From: an uncultured virus (IMG/VR IMGVR_UViG_3300038828_000030)
Taxonomy: Duplodnaviria > Heunggongvirae > Uroviricota > Caudoviricetes
Strand: one strand, 5' to 3'
IMG/VR virus record: IMGVR_UViG_3300038828_000030
Length of the DNA stretch: 64,000 nt
The translations under genes were made by a program, and so were the position numbers. How positions within the stretch are numbered: the first letter of the stretch is position 1; each line of letters begins with the position of its first letter. Positions 62,222 to 64,000 of this stretch are shown here, in pieces. The notes under the pieces are model-generated. The model searched no databases. It saw only the letters and a list, made by a program, of their open reading frames with translations, and was not told where the DNA came from.

Positions 62222-62890
62222 ATGACCCCGCTTGTACGTGAAATGGCAGCCATCGTGCCGGAACCAGAAACCGCGCACTGGTTCGATCTGGGCACGATCC
62301 CCGGGCGCATCGAAGCCCAACGGGTGTATTGGGATGACATTCGCCACATGCCGTACCCGCGCACCATCGTGGTATTCATCACCGACAAAGGCAGCAAGGC
62401 CGCATGCTGGATACAGGCATCGGAACATTCGCTGTCCATGGCCTACCTGATGGTCGATCCAGGCAAAGCGCCTCGCTTTTCCATCCCCATTGTCATCACC
62501 GAGGTGGATGGCGAGCTGCGCTATGAAGCCAAGGGCGGCGACGGCAAGGCCGCTGCGGGCGTGCTGTGTGCCATCGCCAAGCGCCTGCAAACCGCCAGTG
62601 CCGCCTACCGCCCCGAGTCGATTGGCACACCAGCGCAGCAGCGCAAGCGCGCGGCCAAAGGCAAGAGGCCACTGTTTGCATGGCACACCGTCACCATCGG
62701 CGCTACGCCCAAAGTAGCCATTGCTACGTCAGATGTAGCTGGCACGCACGCCAGCCCACGCGCGCACGACAGGCGCGGGCACTGGCGCACCTACCCCAGC
62801 GGCAAACGCAGCTGGGTCAAGCACTGCCGCGTCGGCAATCCTGCGGACGGGGTGGTGTTCAAGGATTACCGGATCAGGAGCGAGAAATGA
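62222..62890 (+). CDS. Hypothetical 222-aa protein, second copy
   Basis: Identical to 59218..59886. Confidence 0.7.
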   Translation: MTPLVREMAAIVPEPETAHWFDLGTIPGRIEAQRVYWDDIRHMPYPRTIVVFITDKGSKAACWIQASEHSLSMAYLMVDPGKAPRFSIPIVITEVDGELRYEAKGGDGKAAAGVLCAIAKRLQTASAAYRPESIGTPAQQRKRAAKGKRPLFAWHTVTIGATPKVAIATSDVAGTHASPRAHDRRGHWRTYPSGKRSWVKHCRVGNPADGVVFKDYRIRSEK

Positions 62891-63159
62891 GCACATACAC
62901 ACCACCCGACAAGATCGAGATTTACGCCGCCGCGCTGAAAAGCGACATCAACTCTGAGCGCTTCCAGGTTGTGGAGAGCGGCAGGCTCGAAACCTACTGG
63001 ATCGGCACGGTATATGGCGGCGGCGTCGCAACCGAGCGCGGGCACAAATTTCGGACTGCAGAAGAGGCGTGGGACAACGCAAGCAAATTTGTGGAGCGCT
63101 GCGCGGAGATCGTCAGCGAGCGCGACCGCGCAGCCAAGGCAGGAGATCAGCATGGCTGA
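62887..63159 (+). CDS. Hypothetical 90-aa protein, second copy
   Basis: Identical to 59883..60155. Confidence 0.58.
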   Translation: MSTYTPPDKIEIYAAALKSDINSERFQVVESGRLETYWIGTVYGGGVATERGHKFRTAEEAWDNASKFVERCAEIVSERDRAAKAGDQHG

Positions 63160-63233
63160 AAGCACGGTCTGGCGCGTGATGCACCCAGACGGCTCGCGCA
63201 CGGTGGTGGGCGGTGGTTGCTCGGAGAAAGACA

Positions 63234-63842
63234 ATGTCGCGTGCGCTTGATGTGGTGACGCTGACCGGCGAGGAATACGACGACCTCATGGAATGCAAAG
63301 AGATGGTCGCCTCACTACTAGCCCAGTTGAGCGCCGCGAAAGACCGAATTGCCGAATTGACGCCAGTTGCTGGAATGGACTGGCGGGAAACGATGCAGCG
63401 CATGCTGACACGCATGGAGGAAACAGACCGCTGGCCTGCGATATGCGACGAGGCGCGGGCCGTCCTGTCGCTGGCGAATGATGCCACCAGGGAGCCTGCC
63501 GCCTACCTGTGGGGCGGCTGCCTCTGGCGCACGGACGAAATGGGGCGCGGCAGACCTGGGGCAGTCGAACTGTATCGAGCGCAAACGCCGCTGACCGATG
63601 CCGACATTACCGCATTGCTTCCGATATGGCAGCAGGGATCATGGACGCTGCCAGACTACGGCAGATGGGTAGCGCGGGCCGTCGAGCGGGCGCACGGGAT
63701 CAAGACATCGCACAACCTATGCCTATCCTGCGGGCACAGCATCGATGCCCACGACAAGCAATACGGCTGCGCAGAGGACGGGTGCGATTGCGAGACGCCC
63801 AACGATCAGCATAACCGGCCCGCTTCAGCGGGTCCGGGTTGA
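63234..63842 (+). CDS. Mosaic 202-aa protein, second copy
   Basis: Identical to 60230..60838. Confidence 0.62.
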   Translation: MSRALDVVTLTGEEYDDLMECKEMVASLLAQLSAAKDRIAELTPVAGMDWRETMQRMLTRMEETDRWPAICDEARAVLSLANDATREPAAYLWGGCLWRTDEMGRGRPGAVELYRAQTPLTDADITALLPIWQQGSWTLPDYGRWVARAVERAHGIKTSHNLCLSCGHSIDAHDKQYGCAEDGCDCETPNDQHNRPASAGPG

Positions 63843-63856
63843 TGCGCCAGTTGGGC
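63797..63856 (-). mobile_element. attC: attC-like site c' (copy of c)
   Basis: Identical to 60793-60852. Confidence 0.8.
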
Positions 63857-63870
63857 GCGGGAGGTGAGAG

Positions 63871-64000
63871 ATGGGGACATACGTTGTTTGGTGCCCGGAC
63901 CTGGGCCAGGATCAGGAAGACGGTGCGACGATCCCGGCGACCGACCCCGCCGATGCGGCGGAAGGGTGGGCCGAATGGCACGACCGCAGCAGTGCCGAAT
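63871..64000 (+). CDS. Cassette C gene 1, second copy (partial)
   Basis: Identical to the start of 60867..61190. Confidence 0.62.
   Translation, partial: MGTYVVWCPDLGQDQEDGATIPATDPADAAEGWAEWHDRSSAE

Larger units (their letters stand above)
58426..64000 (+). repeat. Direct tandem duplication, 3004-bp unit (58426-61429; second copy 61430 to beyond 64000)
   Basis: All ORF translations recur identically at +3004; identity begins at GCTGACGATGCTGCG. Confidence 0.97.

Noticed and set aside
58426..64000. Phage terminal repeat or circular overlap
   Set aside because: The copies are adjacent head-to-tail rather than at opposite genome ends, and there is no match to the window start.

Overview
The whole window is one GC-rich tailed-phage genome segment, probably a podovirus-type phage of a betaproteobacterium (inference from gene content). 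The minus strand (52.6 kb to 1) carries cro, a C5 methyltransferase, an O-like initiator, a primase-helicase, a nin region, a tRNA, terminase, portal, scaffold, an N4-gp56-type capsid, tail and ejection proteins, a 4821-aa DarB-like polyvalent protein and a cluster of fibre/adhesin genes. The plus strand (52.8 kb to the end) is the early operon with Bet/YqaJ recombination genes and many small ORFs. No integrase, CI repressor or lysis genes were recognised in the window. The most striking signal is at 58.5-64 kb. There the small early genes are delimited by canonical integron attC sites (R''-L''-L'-R' with extrahelical bases) plus an attI-like site, and the core sites flanking each gene are complementary, as in true gene cassettes. 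All sites are oriented antisense to the genes and no IntI is present. This block is also tandemly duplicated (3004 bp). Other observations: (1) an 8-copy late-promoter motif (RTRGGGTT, fixed 34-35 nt to leaderless starts); (2) an fMet-like tRNA with a remodelled D/T-loop elbow; (3) a lambdoid operator region from which cI appears deleted; (4) an EcoHK31I-beta-like ORF nested out of frame in the methyltransferase; (5) scars of a tail-module replacement; (6) two structured non-coding RNA candidates. All calls are by eye from motifs and synteny; no searches were run. Two 10-N gaps (1508-1517, 43506-43515) interrupt genes.
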